Positions 20,487 to 30,112 of a stretch of 64,000 nt of DNA are shown here, piece by piece. Origin of the DNA: Flavobacteriaceae bacterium (GTDB lineage Bacteria > Bacteroidota > Bacteroidia > Flavobacteriales > Flavobacteriaceae). Positions within the stretch are counted from its first letter, which is position 1. Each line of letters starts with the position of its first letter. The notes under the pieces were generated by a model. The model had not been told where the DNA came from and searched no databases. It saw only the letters and a list, made by a program, of their open reading frames with translations. Both the position numbers and the translations under genes were made by a program. The stretch is from contig JABABD010000020.1 of assembly GCA_014238425.1 (NCBI GenBank), positions 145,536-209,535 of the forward strand, written 5' to 3'.

Positions 20487-21755
20487 TTATTCTTCCCTTT
20501 CATGTTCTTCCAAGTCCTTTGTGAGGTCTAATTTCCTAAATGATGGTGATACTATTCCTGTTGTTAACACCGTAATTAATGTCATAGTGCCTCCAAAAAC
20601 AACAGCTGTTACAGTACCCATTATTTTAGCTGTTAATCCGCTTTCAAATGTACCCAACTCATTAGAAGAGCCAACAAACATAGAATTAACTGAGGATACA
20701 CGTCCTCTCATATGATCTGGAGTTTTTAGTTGAAGTATCGTTTGTCTAATGACCATAGAAATACCATCGGTAACGCCATAAAAAAACAATGCAACTACTG
20801 AAATCCAAAATACAGAAGAGAGCCCAAATACAATGATGCAAATACCAAATCCAAAAATGGCTGCTAATAGTTTCATACCAGCGTTTTTACTAATTGGGAT
20901 ATAAGCAGTAATTAGCATAGTTAAAAATGCGCCAACGGCTGGTGCCGCACGTAATACTCCAAAACCTTCCGCGCCAACTTTTAAAATATCCTGTGCGTAA
21001 ATTGGTAATAGCGCAACTGCTCCTCCAAAAAGCACAGCCACCATATCTAAAGTAATCGCACCAAAAATTGCTTTTGTTTTAAAAACAAATCGAACGCCTT
21101 CCTTTAGGCTTTGTATAATAGGCTCGCCAATTTTAGGATTCAAAATTGGTTTTTTCTTTACCCTAAACAGGATAATAAGTGACAATATTACTAATCCAAA
21201 AATGATGCATAAGGACCAATGGACACCAATCCATCCAATAGAAAAACCTGCAAATGCAGGTCCCAAAACCGAAGCCATTTGCCAAGTAGAGCTACTCCAG
21301 GTAGCAGCATTAGGGTACATTTTTTTGGGAACTATGAGTGCAATCAAAGAAAAAATAGTCGGCCCAAAGAATGACCTTAAGAAACCTCCAAAAAACACTA
21401 AAGCATAAATGCCATACAAAACTGTATTGGTTGACCAATCAGAAACTATTTTCGGCCAGGTAAGGAAAAACAACCCTAAACTTATAATAGAAAACGCAGC
21501 AATACAAAGTGCTAATAAATTTCTTTTTTCTTTTTGATCAACAATATGTCCTGCAAATAATGCCATAAAAAAAGCAGGGAGAAATTCAAAAGCGCCAATT
21601 AACGCTAGGCTCCAAGGATCTTTGGTTATAGTATAGACTTGCCATTCTATAACAATAAACTGCATGGACCATCCAAAAACTAATGCGAAACGAAGCAACA
21701 AGAACGTCCTGAATTCCTTAATCCTTAATGACTCGTATGGGTCTTTTTTCGACAT
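20487..21755 (-). CDS. MFS transporter
   Basis: 12 TM helices and MFS-like loops. Confidence 0.75.
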   Translation of the reverse strand: MSKKDPYESLRIKEFRTFLLLRFALVFGWSMQFIVIEWQVYTITKDPWSLALIGAFEFLPAFFMALFAGHIVDQKEKRNLLALCIAAFSIISLGLFFLTWPKIVSDWSTNTVLYGIYALVFFGGFLRSFFGPTIFSLIALIVPKKMYPNAATWSSSTWQMASVLGPAFAGFSIGWIGVHWSLCIIFGLVILSLIILFRVKKKPILNPKIGEPIIQSLKEGVRFVFKTKAIFGAITLDMVAVLFGGAVALLPIYAQDILKVGAEGFGVLRAAPAVGAFLTMLITAYIPISKNAGMKLLAAIFGFGICIIVFGLSSVFWISVVALFFYGVTDGISMVIRQTILQLKTPDHMRGRVSSVNSMFVGSSNELGTFESGLTAKIMGTVTAVVFGGTMTLITVLTTGIVSPSFRKLDLTKDLEEHEREE

Positions 21756-21760
21756 ATAAT

Positions 21761-23449
21761 CTAAGCTTTAATGTCTTTTAATTTTAGCTGAATTGTGGTC
21801 GTTCCGTTCCAGACATTTTCTTCAATCGAATACACAGCCTTAAAAGGAGTCCTATTTTCAATCAAATTGAACTTATCACCTAATCCAAATCCGATTCCTG
21901 TGATATTGAACCCGTTTTGAGTTGCTGTAACTCTCAAATGCGATTTGTCTTCACCCACACGTTTGCTAAAACCAGAATCCTGCAAGTTATCACTCATAAA
22001 CACTGGTGTCATATTACCCGGCCCAAAGGGTGCAAATTGTTTGACTATTCGCATCAGTTTATCATTAATTTGATGAAGTTGGAGTTTTGTATTTATCTTG
22101 ATTTCTGGTGTCAATAAATTTGAATCTATAGTCGCTGTCACTACGTCCTCAAAGGCTTGCTTAAAGGCTTTATAATTTTCTTCTTTAAGAGTCAATCCTG
22201 CCGCATATTTATGTCCGCCAAATTGTTCTATATGTTCAGCGCATGCTTCTAAGGCATTATACACATCAAAGCCTTTAACCGATCTTGCCGATGCCGCTAA
22301 TTTGTTTCCACTCTTAGTGAATACGAGAGTTGGCCTATAATAGGTTTCTGTCAGTCTAGATGCCACAATTCCGATGACGCCTTTATGCCAGTTTTCATTA
22401 TAAACTACTGTTGTCAACCTATCTTGTTCGTCATTTTCCTCAATTTGTTTTAAGGCTTCTTCGGTTATTCTCTTGTCAGTTTCTTTTCTATCCGTATTAA
22501 ACTGCTCTATATCTACAGCGCAATCTGCGGCAAAATTGATATCTGTTTCCGTAAGAAGCGTCACAGCGTGATTACCATGTTTCATTCGTCCAGCAGCATT
22601 AATGCGAGGTGCAATAATAAATACAACATCTGTAATCGTCAATTTTTCTTTCTTAACTTCTTTCAAAATAGCTTTAAAACCTATTCTTGGTTGTGTATTA
22701 ATAACTTGCAGTCCGAAATAAGCGAGAGCACGATTTTCACCAACAATAGGAACAATATCTGCACCTATGGCAGTAGCTACCAAATCTAAATACTCTATCA
22801 AATCATCAATTGTTTTCCCATCTTTTGAAGCCAATGCTTGAACAAGCTTGAACCCAACTCCACAGCCACATAATTCTTTAAATGGGTAATCGCAATCATC
22901 TCGTTTAGGATCTAGCACTGCCACAGCTGCAGGAAGTTTATCGCCCGGTCTATGATGATCACAGATAATAAAATCAATCCCTTTATCTTTAGCATAAGCC
23001 ACTTTATCTATGGCCTTGATACCACAATCCAATGCAATGATTAATGAAAAGTCATTGTCATGAGCAAAATCAATTCCTTTATATGAAATCCCATAACCTT
23101 CGTCATATCGATCAGGAATATATGTAGCAATGTTGTCTTGCTTGGTCCTTAAATAGGAAGACATCAAGGCGACGCTAGTAGTGCCGTCCACATCATAATC
23201 GCCATACACTAAAATATTTTCACTTTTTGACAATGCCAATTCAATGCGATCGACAGCGACATCCATATCGGCCATTAAAAAAGGATCGTGTAAATCATTT
23301 AAGCTTGGTCGAAAAAATGTTTTAGCCTCATCATAGGTTTCTATGCCACGCTGAAGCAACAAAGTAGCTACGATTTCATCTATTTGTAATGCGTCTTGTA
23401 ACGATGCAATTTTTTCTGGTTCAGGTTTTGCTTTTAGAGTCCAACGCAT
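21761..23449 (-). CDS. recJ: Single-stranded-DNA-specific exonuclease RecJ
   Basis: DHH motifs (GDYDVDGTTS, DHHRPGD) and the DHHA1 region GGHKYAAG. Confidence 0.85.
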   Translation of the reverse strand: MRWTLKAKPEPEKIASLQDALQIDEIVATLLLQRGIETYDEAKTFFRPSLNDLHDPFLMADMDVAVDRIELALSKSENILVYGDYDVDGTTSVALMSSYLRTKQDNIATYIPDRYDEGYGISYKGIDFAHDNDFSLIIALDCGIKAIDKVAYAKDKGIDFIICDHHRPGDKLPAAVAVLDPKRDDCDYPFKELCGCGVGFKLVQALASKDGKTIDDLIEYLDLVATAIGADIVPIVGENRALAYFGLQVINTQPRIGFKAILKEVKKEKLTITDVVFIIAPRINAAGRMKHGNHAVTLLTETDINFAADCAVDIEQFNTDRKETDKRITEEALKQIEENDEQDRLTTVVYNENWHKGVIGIVASRLTETYYRPTLVFTKSGNKLAASARSVKGFDVYNALEACAEHIEQFGGHKYAAGLTLKEENYKAFKQAFEDVVTATIDSNLLTPEIKINTKLQLHQINDKLMRIVKQFAPFGPGNMTPVFMSDNLQDSGFSKRVGEDKSHLRVTATQNGFNITGIGFGLGDKFNLIENRTPFKAVYSIEENVWNGTTTIQLKLKDIKA

Positions 23450-23471
23450 ATACTAATATAGAAAATAATCT

Positions 23472-23897
23472 CTATTTAGAAGAGTGAAAGTGAGTTTCTG
23501 TATTCACTCTGGCAAAACGACGGAACATTTCCATCACACCACAATACTTATCTACAGAAAGATTCACCGCCTTTTGTATTTTTTCTTCATCCAAGTCTTC
23601 ACCGTAAAAATGATATTCAACAGAAACAGTATGATAATATTTAGGGTGCTCATCTGTTAAATCTCCGTAACAATCCATCCTGAAATCGGATATTTTCACC
23701 TTCATCTTATCCAATATTGAAACAACATCTAAACCAGAACAACCAGCCAACGACGATAACATCATCGCTTTTGGTCCTAAGCCTGAGTTATGTCCTCCAT
23801 GTTCTGGAGAGGTGTCAATTAATACTGTTTTGCCATTTGGATTATCAGATTCAAACTGTAAATTTCCCTTCCAATGTGTAGTGACTTTCTGTGCCAT
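23472..23897 (-). CDS. OsmC/Ohr family peroxiredoxin
   Basis: 141 aa with the conserved Cys pair (AGCSG...C) of the OsmC fold. Confidence 0.75.
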   Translation of the reverse strand: MAQKVTTHWKGNLQFESDNPNGKTVLIDTSPEHGGHNSGLGPKAMMLSSLAGCSGLDVVSILDKMKVKISDFRMDCYGDLTDEHPKYYHTVSVEYHFYGEDLDEEKIQKAVNLSVDKYCGVMEMFRRFARVNTETHFHSSK

Positions 23898-24018
23898 GAA
23901 TTCAAATTTATTAGTAGCACAATTTACGAAAATAGCATCGGTTTTAACTTAAGAAGAATAGCGAAAAAGTTTTGTAACTTCGAAGCTGTAAAATCAAATT
24001 AATCATCAAAAAAAATCT

Positions 24019-24621
24019 ATGCCATTAGTTACGCCATTATCTCCAGAGCATGATTCTGAAACAAGAGAATTAGCTGAATTTTTCAATGAAACATTGGGGT
24101 TTTGTCCAAATTCAGTATTAACCATGCAACGTCGTCCTGCCATTAGCAAGGCGTTTATAAATCTTAATAAAGCTGTCATGGCAAATGAAGGTCGCGTAAC
24201 CTCAGCGCTAAAGCGTATGATTGCATGGGTCAGCAGTAACTCTACGGGTTGCCGTTATTGCCAAGCGCATGCCATTCGTGCTGCCGAGCGTTATGGTGCA
24301 GAACAAGAACAATTAGATAATATTTGGGAATATAGAACACATCCCGCATTCTCTGAAGCCGAAAGAGCAGCTTTAGATTTTTCTTTGGTAGCCTCGCAAG
24401 TGCCCAATGGCGTTGACGAGAATATTAAAAAACGATTATACGAACACTGGAATGAAGGAGAGATTGTTGAAATGCTGGGAGTTGTATCCCTTTTCGGATA
24501 TCTTAATCGCTGGAATGATTCCATGGGTACAAGCATTGAAGATGGAGCTGTTGAAAGTGGTGATCAATATCTTGGAAAACACGGTTGGGAAAGTGGTAAG
24601 CATGACGGGACTCAGTATTAA
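24019..24621 (+). CDS. Carboxymuconolactone decarboxylase / AhpD-like peroxidase-related protein
   Basis: CxxxH-type motif GCRYCQAHAI of the CMD family. It is divergent from the OsmC gene. Confidence 0.7.
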   Translation: MPLVTPLSPEHDSETRELAEFFNETLGFCPNSVLTMQRRPAISKAFINLNKAVMANEGRVTSALKRMIAWVSSNSTGCRYCQAHAIRAAERYGAEQEQLDNIWEYRTHPAFSEAERAALDFSLVASQVPNGVDENIKKRLYEHWNEGEIVEMLGVVSLFGYLNRWNDSMGTSIEDGAVESGDQYLGKHGWESGKHDGTQY

Positions 24622-24671
24622 ATTACTTGTTTTTAATACTTTTACTTAAATCACAGGAATTGTAAACATAT

Positions 24672-25769
24672 ATGTTACAAACCCTTTCTATAGTATTAGC
24701 CGTATTATCATTGCTTTTTGCTATTTTCTTGTTTACAGTAAAAACAAAAAACAAATTAGGCAATGTGTTGCTTGGCCTTTATTTCGCGATAATGGCTGTA
24801 GATTTTAGTGCTTATATTAATATAGACATGCCTGTAAGTGTTGCTATGTTTAGGAATGATTTTGTGTCTCTAACATCTCGACCATTAATTTATCTGTATG
24901 TTTTATCTGTAATATATTCTGATTTTAAATTACATAAAAAGCATTTACTACATTTAAGTTGGTTAGCCATAGATCTAATCATTATGCTTCCTTTTTATTT
25001 AGGTGGTGAAAGTAAGCAATTAGAATTTTTCTCTAATTACCTAGATTTCCCTCAAGGTAAGTTCTTAATGCCTTTTAGTATGGTTCATACGCAGTTCTAT
25101 TTAACCTTGATTTTTATCACATTAATACAATACAAAAAAAAGCTTTTACAGAATTTTTCAAGCCCCAATCTGACAAATCACAAGTGGTTGTTGCAAATGA
25201 CTGTAATGCTACAAATTCTGTTCTTGTTTGTATTTACTAAGAATATACTAAGGTTTTTTTCATATGATTTTTCAGTTGTAGAAAACTCAAGAATTGCGAT
25301 GCTACTCTTTATTATTTTCTTTTTGTGCTGGTTATTAATGAAGGCACTACACGCACCTGAAATTTTTAGAGGAATTGATTCAAGATTAAAGTTATTTAAA
25401 GAAATTACTGAAGAAGAAAAGAAAAAGATAGCTCAAGAAGAAAAGGTTGAGAGTTTAAAAAGCTATATGAAAGAAAAAGAACCGTTCTTAAATGCCAACC
25501 TCACAATACAAAATTTAGCTGACCAAATGAGCCTTCCTGTTAGAGAACTCTCAATAATAATTAACTTTCATTTTAATCGTCATTTCTACGATTTTATAAA
25601 TTTCTATCGAATTGAAAAGGCGAAAAAACTATTGAAAGATCGTTCAAAACAAGACTTAATGGTCTTCGAAGTTTTTTATGATGTAGGTTTTAACTCAAAA
25701 TCATCTTTTAATACCGCATTTAAAAAGCATGTAGGTTTAACTCCGACACAATATCGAAAGTCTAGTTAA
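24672..25769 (+). CDS. Membrane-anchored AraC family transcriptional regulator
   Basis: About 6 N-terminal TM helices and a C-terminal AraC HTH (FYDVGFNSKSSFNTAFKKHVGLTPTQYR). Confidence 0.7.
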   Translation: MLQTLSIVLAVLSLLFAIFLFTVKTKNKLGNVLLGLYFAIMAVDFSAYINIDMPVSVAMFRNDFVSLTSRPLIYLYVLSVIYSDFKLHKKHLLHLSWLAIDLIIMLPFYLGGESKQLEFFSNYLDFPQGKFLMPFSMVHTQFYLTLIFITLIQYKKKLLQNFSSPNLTNHKWLLQMTVMLQILFLFVFTKNILRFFSYDFSVVENSRIAMLLFIIFFLCWLLMKALHAPEIFRGIDSRLKLFKEITEEEKKKIAQEEKVESLKSYMKEKEPFLNANLTIQNLADQMSLPVRELSIIINFHFNRHFYDFINFYRIEKAKKLLKDRSKQDLMVFEVFYDVGFNSKSSFNTAFKKHVGLTPTQYRKSS

Positions 25770-25912
25770 GTTAGGGGTTTACAACTATTCGAACCTCTAA
25801 AAAAATTATTCGAACCTTTTTTTGAGGAATAAATAAGTTCGAGTTCATTGATTCGAACTCATAAGCCTTTAATTAGTTTCAATTTTGATTTATCAATTAA
25901 AACATATAAATC

Positions 25913-27988
25913 ATGAAACATTTATTTCAGTACGTATTACTCATATTATTATTAGCTTCTTGTAATTCTTCCTCGCAGAACTATGATTTAGCATTAAAAG
26001 ACGTCACTATTTTTAATAGCAAGACTAAAGCACTAGAGGAAAATAAAACGATTCTGATTAAAGCAGATACCATTGCTTCAATAGTCGATTCTAATCAATC
26101 TTATAAAGCCAATAAAGTAATTGAAGGAAAAAATCGATTGGTAACACCTGGGTTTATTGATACGCATACTCATATAGGTGTTAATTATGGAGCAAATATA
26201 GATTATGCTAATTACGATTTAAAAACAGTGAACCTAGAAATGATTAGACGCTTAATGTCTTATCAATATCTAACTGAAGGTGTGACTACAATTATTGATA
26301 TGGGGCAACCAGAAAACTGGATGGATATCTCTTTGAACTGGCAAAATAATCCAACACCAAATTACCCGAATATGTATATCTGTGGTGGTTCCATTGTTTC
26401 TGATGAAGATCGTTGGCAACCAGCACACCACATTGAAGTGAAAAATCCAGAGGATGGAAGGCAAAAAGTAAGAGATTATGCAGCTAAGGGTTTAAAGCAT
26501 ATGAAACTCTATCGAAAATTAAAGAAACCTGATTATAAAGCTATGGTTGATGAGGCTAAAAAACATGACATCATCATCAATACACATGTAGATAATAATG
26601 TTGTGACAATTTCTGAAGCGATGGATTTTGGGGTTTTAAATTTTGAACATTTCTTCACAACAATCCCAAGCGTTCTTAATTACGACCACCATTGGAAAAA
26701 AATGAATAAAAAGTATGGCATAAAAATGAGTGGTGATATTGATGAATTTACTGCGCATATGGTATATTTCTTTAAATACATTAACGACAACCCAGACATA
26801 GAAGACAAGCTAGAAAAACTGTTTGATAGAATGGCTAAAGAAGGAGCTAACATTAGTACAGCAATTAATGTTTTAGCTTCAGCTCCTCAAAAAACAGACT
26901 TCTTTACCTCTTTTGAATACTTTCCGATACGCAATGCTCCAAATACTTCATACAACGCCAACCAAAAAGAAATATTAAATCAGGCTTTTGAAATGATGAT
27001 GAGTTACGTAAAAATGGCTCATGACAAAGGGGTAAAACTGCGTATAGGCACAGATTGTCGTTTTGGAGGTAAGTCTTTACTCCATGAACTTATTTTATTT
27101 GCCAAAGCAGGAATCTCTATTGAAGACGCTTTGCAAATCGCAACTATTAATGGTTATGAAGCCATGAAGATTGATGATAAATTTGGTTCAATTGAAGCTG
27201 GGAAAAAAGCAGACCTTGTGGTTTTTGACAAAAATCCTTTTGATGATTATAACAACTTTTTATCAGGAAAAACAATTATTAAGGACGGCCAAATATTAAA
27301 CTTAAAAAAATCTGTGTCTCACGATTTAGAAAAAGCAATGGTGTTTGAAGGTGTCGCAGCGGGTAAAAAACTATTCAACAGAGCCATAAATGATAGCAAT
27401 TACGAAAAGGTAGATGATAAGGAGCTTGAAAACGTTTTTTTAGAACTTCTTGCTACAGGAAAAACTGATGAAACCATTGCAACTTATAATCTATTCTTAG
27501 AATTTTTCCCTAATAAAAGCATAAAGATTGAAGACAATACTTTAGTCAATGCTGTTTATGCACTATTGAGAGAGAACGAAGTGGACAAGGCAATTTCATT
27601 TTCTGAATTTGCAGGAGCTCAGTTTCCAGAAGCCTTAAAAACACTGGCTCAAAAAACCTTAATCACCATGTTAAAAACTAATATTAATAATGGAATAGAA
27701 TATTTTAAAGCTCATAACAATGACTCTAAATATAGACTTGATGAAGCAGAAATGAATGGTGTTGGATATCTCCTTATTGAATTGAATAGGTTGGAAGAAA
27801 GCTTGACTATTTTTAAATTAAATGTAGAATCTTTCCCAGAATCTTGGAATGTGTATGATAGTTTAGGAGAAGCTTATACACTACTTAGGGAGAAGAAACT
27901 CGCTATTGAAAATTATGAAAAATCTATAAGTCTTAATCCGAAAAATGAAGTTGGTATAAAAGTCTTGAACAAACTAAAACAATATTAA
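25913..27988 (+). CDS. Lipoprotein amidohydrolase-family enzyme with a C-terminal TPR region
   Basis: Lipobox LLASCNS. Metal-dependent amidohydrolase motifs (GFIDTHTHIG ... HVDN ... DCRFGG ... DLVVFD). A C-terminal TPR-like ~220 aa region. Confidence 0.6.
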   Translation: MKHLFQYVLLILLLASCNSSSQNYDLALKDVTIFNSKTKALEENKTILIKADTIASIVDSNQSYKANKVIEGKNRLVTPGFIDTHTHIGVNYGANIDYANYDLKTVNLEMIRRLMSYQYLTEGVTTIIDMGQPENWMDISLNWQNNPTPNYPNMYICGGSIVSDEDRWQPAHHIEVKNPEDGRQKVRDYAAKGLKHMKLYRKLKKPDYKAMVDEAKKHDIIINTHVDNNVVTISEAMDFGVLNFEHFFTTIPSVLNYDHHWKKMNKKYGIKMSGDIDEFTAHMVYFFKYINDNPDIEDKLEKLFDRMAKEGANISTAINVLASAPQKTDFFTSFEYFPIRNAPNTSYNANQKEILNQAFEMMMSYVKMAHDKGVKLRIGTDCRFGGKSLLHELILFAKAGISIEDALQIATINGYEAMKIDDKFGSIEAGKKADLVVFDKNPFDDYNNFLSGKTIIKDGQILNLKKSVSHDLEKAMVFEGVAAGKKLFNRAINDSNYEKVDDKELENVFLELLATGKTDETIATYNLFLEFFPNKSIKIEDNTLVNAVYALLRENEVDKAISFSEFAGAQFPEALKTLAQKTLITMLKTNINNGIEYFKAHNNDSKYRLDEAEMNGVGYLLIELNRLEESLTIFKLNVESFPESWNVYDSLGEAYTLLREKKLAIENYEKSISLNPKNEVGIKVLNKLKQY

Positions 27989-28583
27989 ATTTGCAAATTA
28001 TATTCTAAAATGCGCATATTTGCAACACAAATGAAAAGAACTATAGTACATATTGCACCGAAATCACTGTGTAGTCAGTGGGATTATCGAGGAATGAATG
28101 AATTATTCTCTCGGTCAAGGACGTTATGTAGCTATTTTTAATCATTTTAGATGTGATTTAAACTCAAAAACTATAAATAGTACTAAGCGTCCAAGAAATT
28201 GGATGCTTTTTTTATGAAATATTTTAAAAAAATTGAATTTGAAATTTAAAATCTAAAATAAAGGCCATTGAAGAGTAAGCGATTGAGAGACAGTCCATTG
28301 CCAAAAACCTCTACTATCTGTTGAAAAACGGACAGGGATTCCTATATCAAATTTTAATCATAACTCATTGATCGTCAGTAAATTAAATTGATTTTTTATT
28401 TGTTTTTCTAAAAATAGTTTTCATCTTTGCATTGCAGTTTTAAAAACATAACTGCCATAAATATTTAATAATAAAAGCAAGAAGTCATGCGAGAGCATAA
28501 AGTAACATTTCAACCCATAAGTATTGACCTTGTGTCATTACAAAGACTTCGGTAGTATCTGTAGATAAATTTTCCAGATAAGA

Positions 28584-28619
28584 ATCCGAAGCAAAAACAA
28601 CTGTTTCGGATTTTTTTAT
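28584..28619 (+). terminator. Intrinsic terminator whose 5' arm can alternatively pair upstream
   Basis: ATCCGAAGC (10-nt loop) GTTTCGGAT plus T8. CCGAAG also pairs with CTTCGG at 28547-28552. Confidence 0.55.
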
Positions 28620-28709
28620 TCCCAACATTCAAGAATAGATTAATCAAAGCAGTTTTAAGAGCACACAAAGTGTGTGCCTTTAAGACAGTAACAACTATTG
28701 GATAGAATC

Positions 28710-29249
28710 ATGGAAAATAATTTACATAACAGCTATTTGCTTCAAGCAATGGATGCATATCCATATAACCTTGAAGAAACTTTGGAGGCTTTAAATTATG
28801 CTTTGTCATATAATGAAAAAGATGTCCACGCCTTATGCCTAATGGGTCGAGTATATGCAGAACAACTGAATGAATATGAAATCGCAAAGCAATATTTCGC
28901 CGAAGCCATGACACATAAGCTGGAAACGCCAAAAATATACTCGCATTATGTACAAACACTATTGTGGAATGATGATTTAGAAGCGGCTCAAAATTTATTG
29001 GATTTTGCAATGACTGTCAAAGGTGTCGACAAGGCTTTAATGCATTTGCTCCATGGTGTTTTGCTAGAAAAGCAAGCTGAGTATAAAGCGGCTAAAAAGG
29101 TTTTAAAAGCGGCAAACAAAATGGCGACAAATAACAATTTCATTTCATACGTGAAATCTGAAATATCAAGGATTGACAACAAAATCAAGCCTAAAAAGAA
29201 GAAGCGTAAGAAGAAAAAGAAGTCTAACAAAAAAAGAAAGGAGAAATAA
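28710..29249 (+). CDS. TPR-like protein with a poly-Lys/Arg tail
   Basis: The ORF track starts at TTG 28698; the first ATG (MENNLHNSYLL) is at 28710. The C-terminus is KPKKKKRKKKKKSNKKRKEK. Confidence 0.4.
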   Translation: MENNLHNSYLLQAMDAYPYNLEETLEALNYALSYNEKDVHALCLMGRVYAEQLNEYEIAKQYFAEAMTHKLETPKIYSHYVQTLLWNDDLEAAQNLLDFAMTVKGVDKALMHLLHGVLLEKQAEYKAAKKVLKAANKMATNNNFISYVKSEISRIDNKIKPKKKKRKKKKKSNKKRKEK

Positions 29250-29283
29250 AAATCGGCGAGTTTCAGCTTGCCGATTTCAAAAT
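29250..29283 (+). terminator. Intrinsic terminator
   Basis: AATCGGCGAGTTTCAGCTTGCCGATTTCAAAA. Confidence 0.6.
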
Positions 29284-29355
29284 GATATTGTAGTTCAATG
29301 GTAGAGCAAGTAGTTGTTAACTACAAGGTTGAAAGTTCGAGTTTTTCCAATATCG
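29284..29355 (+). tRNA. tRNA-Asn (GTT)
   Basis: GATATTG|TA|GTTC AATGGTA GAGC|A|AGTAG TTGTTAA CTACA|AGGTT|GAAAG TTCGAGT TTTTC|CAATATC|G. Confidence 0.8.
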
Positions 29356-29364
29356 CAATTAACT

Positions 29365-29445
29365 GGAAGTGTTGAGCAATTGGTTGGCTCGCCTGACTGT
29401 AAATCAGGTCTTAACGGCATGTAGGTTCGAGCCCTACCTCTTCCA
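29365..29445 (+). tRNA. tRNA-Tyr (GTA), long variable arm
   Basis: GGAAGTG..GAGC..GCTC|CCTGA CTGTAAA TCAGG|12-nt variable|GTAGG TTCGAGC CCTAC|CTCTTCC|A. Confidence 0.75.
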
Positions 29446-29450
29446 CAAAC

Positions 29451-29522
29451 GCGTCTATGGTGTAAAGGATAGCACAAGAGATTTCTAATCTCTAAGTCTA
29501 AGTTCGAATCTTAGTAGATATA
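29451..29522 (+). tRNA. tRNA-Arg (TCT)
   Basis: D arm GTGT AAAGGATA GCAC; anticodon arm AGAGA TTTCTAA TCTCT; T arm CTAAG TTCGAAT CTTAG. The acceptor stem has 1 mismatch and 2 wobbles. Confidence 0.65.
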
Positions 29523-29528
29523 CTTTAT

Positions 29529-29600
29529 GGTTCATTGGGGTAATGGCTATCCTTCCCGACTGTCTCTCGGGAGATACGAGTTCGATTCTCGTATGAACCG
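29529..29600 (+). tRNA. tRNA-Asp (GTC)
   Basis: GGTTCAT...CCCGA CTGTCTC TCGGG...ACGAG TTCGATT CTCGT|ATGAACC|G. Confidence 0.75.
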
Positions 29601-29607
29601 CAAAACA

Positions 29608-29694
29608 GGAAGGGCAATCAGATAGGTGACTGAAGCAATCTTGAAAATTGTCGAGCTTTAAAAGGCCTTGTGGGTTCGATTCCCACTCCTTCCG
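29608..29694 (+). tRNA. tRNA-Ser (TGA), class II (about 87 nt)
   Basis: GGAAGGG...anticodon arm GCAAT CTTGAAA ATTGT...T arm GTGGG TTCGATT CCCAC|TCCTTCC|G. The D-arm and variable-arm geometry are not fully canonical. Confidence 0.6.
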
Positions 29695-29700
29695 CAAAAC

Positions 29701-29786
29701 TGAGAGTAGGCAAATATTGGTTTGTTACGCTCACCTGCTAAGTGAGTTTGCCTTTTGGCAATGAAGGTTCAATTCCTTTGCTCTCC
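29701..29786 (+). tRNA. tRNA-Ser (GCT), class II
   Basis: GAGAGTA...CTCAC CTGCTAA GTGAG|variable hairpin TTGCC TTTT GGCAA|AAGG TTCAATT CCTT|TGCTCTC. Confidence 0.65.
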
Positions 29787-29793
29787 GCATAAT

Positions 29794-29866
29794 GCTCTAT
29801 TAGCATAGTGGTTTAGTGCACCTGACTTTCTATCAGGAGACAAGGGTTCGATTCCCTTATAGAGTT
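29794..29866 (+). tRNA. tRNA-Glu (TTC)
   Basis: GCTCTAT|TA|GCAT AGTGGTTTA GTGC|A|CCTGA CTTTCTA TCAGG|AGAC|AAGGG TTCGATT CCCTT|ATAGAGT|T. Confidence 0.8.
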
Positions 29867-29872
29867 CAAAAT

Positions 29873-29944
29873 TGAGGCATAGCTCAGCGGAAGAGTGTCA
29901 CTCTGATAAGGTGATAAGTTTAGGTTCGATTCCTAATGTCTCAA
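29873..29944 (+). tRNA. tRNA-Ile (GAT)
   Basis: TGAGGCA|TA|GCTC..GAGT|G|TCACT CTGATAA GGTGA|TAAGT|TTAGG TTCGATT CCTAA|TGTCTCA|A. First pair is U1-A72. Confidence 0.7.
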
Positions 29945-29954
29945 CTAAATATAA

Positions 29955-30028
29955 TGAGATGTAGCTTAATCCGGCAGAGCATCGCTCTCATAAAGCGAAA
30001 GGTCTAGGTTCGACTCCTAGCATCTTAA
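29955..30028 (+). tRNA. tRNA-Met (CAT), elongator or Ile2-lysidine type (not an initiator)
   Basis: TGAGATG|TA|GCTT AATCCGGCA GAGC|A|TCGCT CTCATAA AGCGA|AAGGT|CTAGG TTCGACT CCTAG|CATCTTA|A. Confidence 0.7.
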
Positions 30029-30033
30029 CAAAC

Positions 30034-30106
30034 GCAGGAATGGCGAAATGGTAAACGCGCTTGGCTTAGACCCAAGAGACTGAGAGTTCGAATCTCTCTT
30101 CCTGTA
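30034..30106 (+). tRNA. tRNA with Leu anticodon TAG but a class-I (short variable arm, 73 nt) structure
   Basis: GCAGGAA|TG|GCGA..ACGC|G|CTTGG CTTAGAC CCAAG|AGACT|GAGAG TTCGAAT CTCTC|TTCCTGT|A. Confidence 0.55.
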
Positions 30107-30112
30107 CTAAAT

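Noticed and set aside
28031-28138. 35-aa ORF (MKRTIVHIAPKSLCSQWDYRGMNELFSRSRTLCSYF) in the 700-bp gene-free region
   Set aside because: It has no motif and no translational signal. It is more likely chance than a leader peptide, and I mention it only because of the adjacent alternative-pairing structure.
27989-28709. Searched the large gene-free regions (27989-28709, 30495-31439, 54168-54638) for tmRNA, RNase P RNA, SRP RNA or 6S RNA
   Set aside because: I found no conserved core motifs (tmRNA GGGG...TTCGAC 5' end and tag reading frame; RNase P GGAAAGTCCGGGCTCC/ACAGAAAGTACCAC-like P4 segments; SRP GGAA/AGCAG domain IV loop). I cannot exclude them without covariance models.
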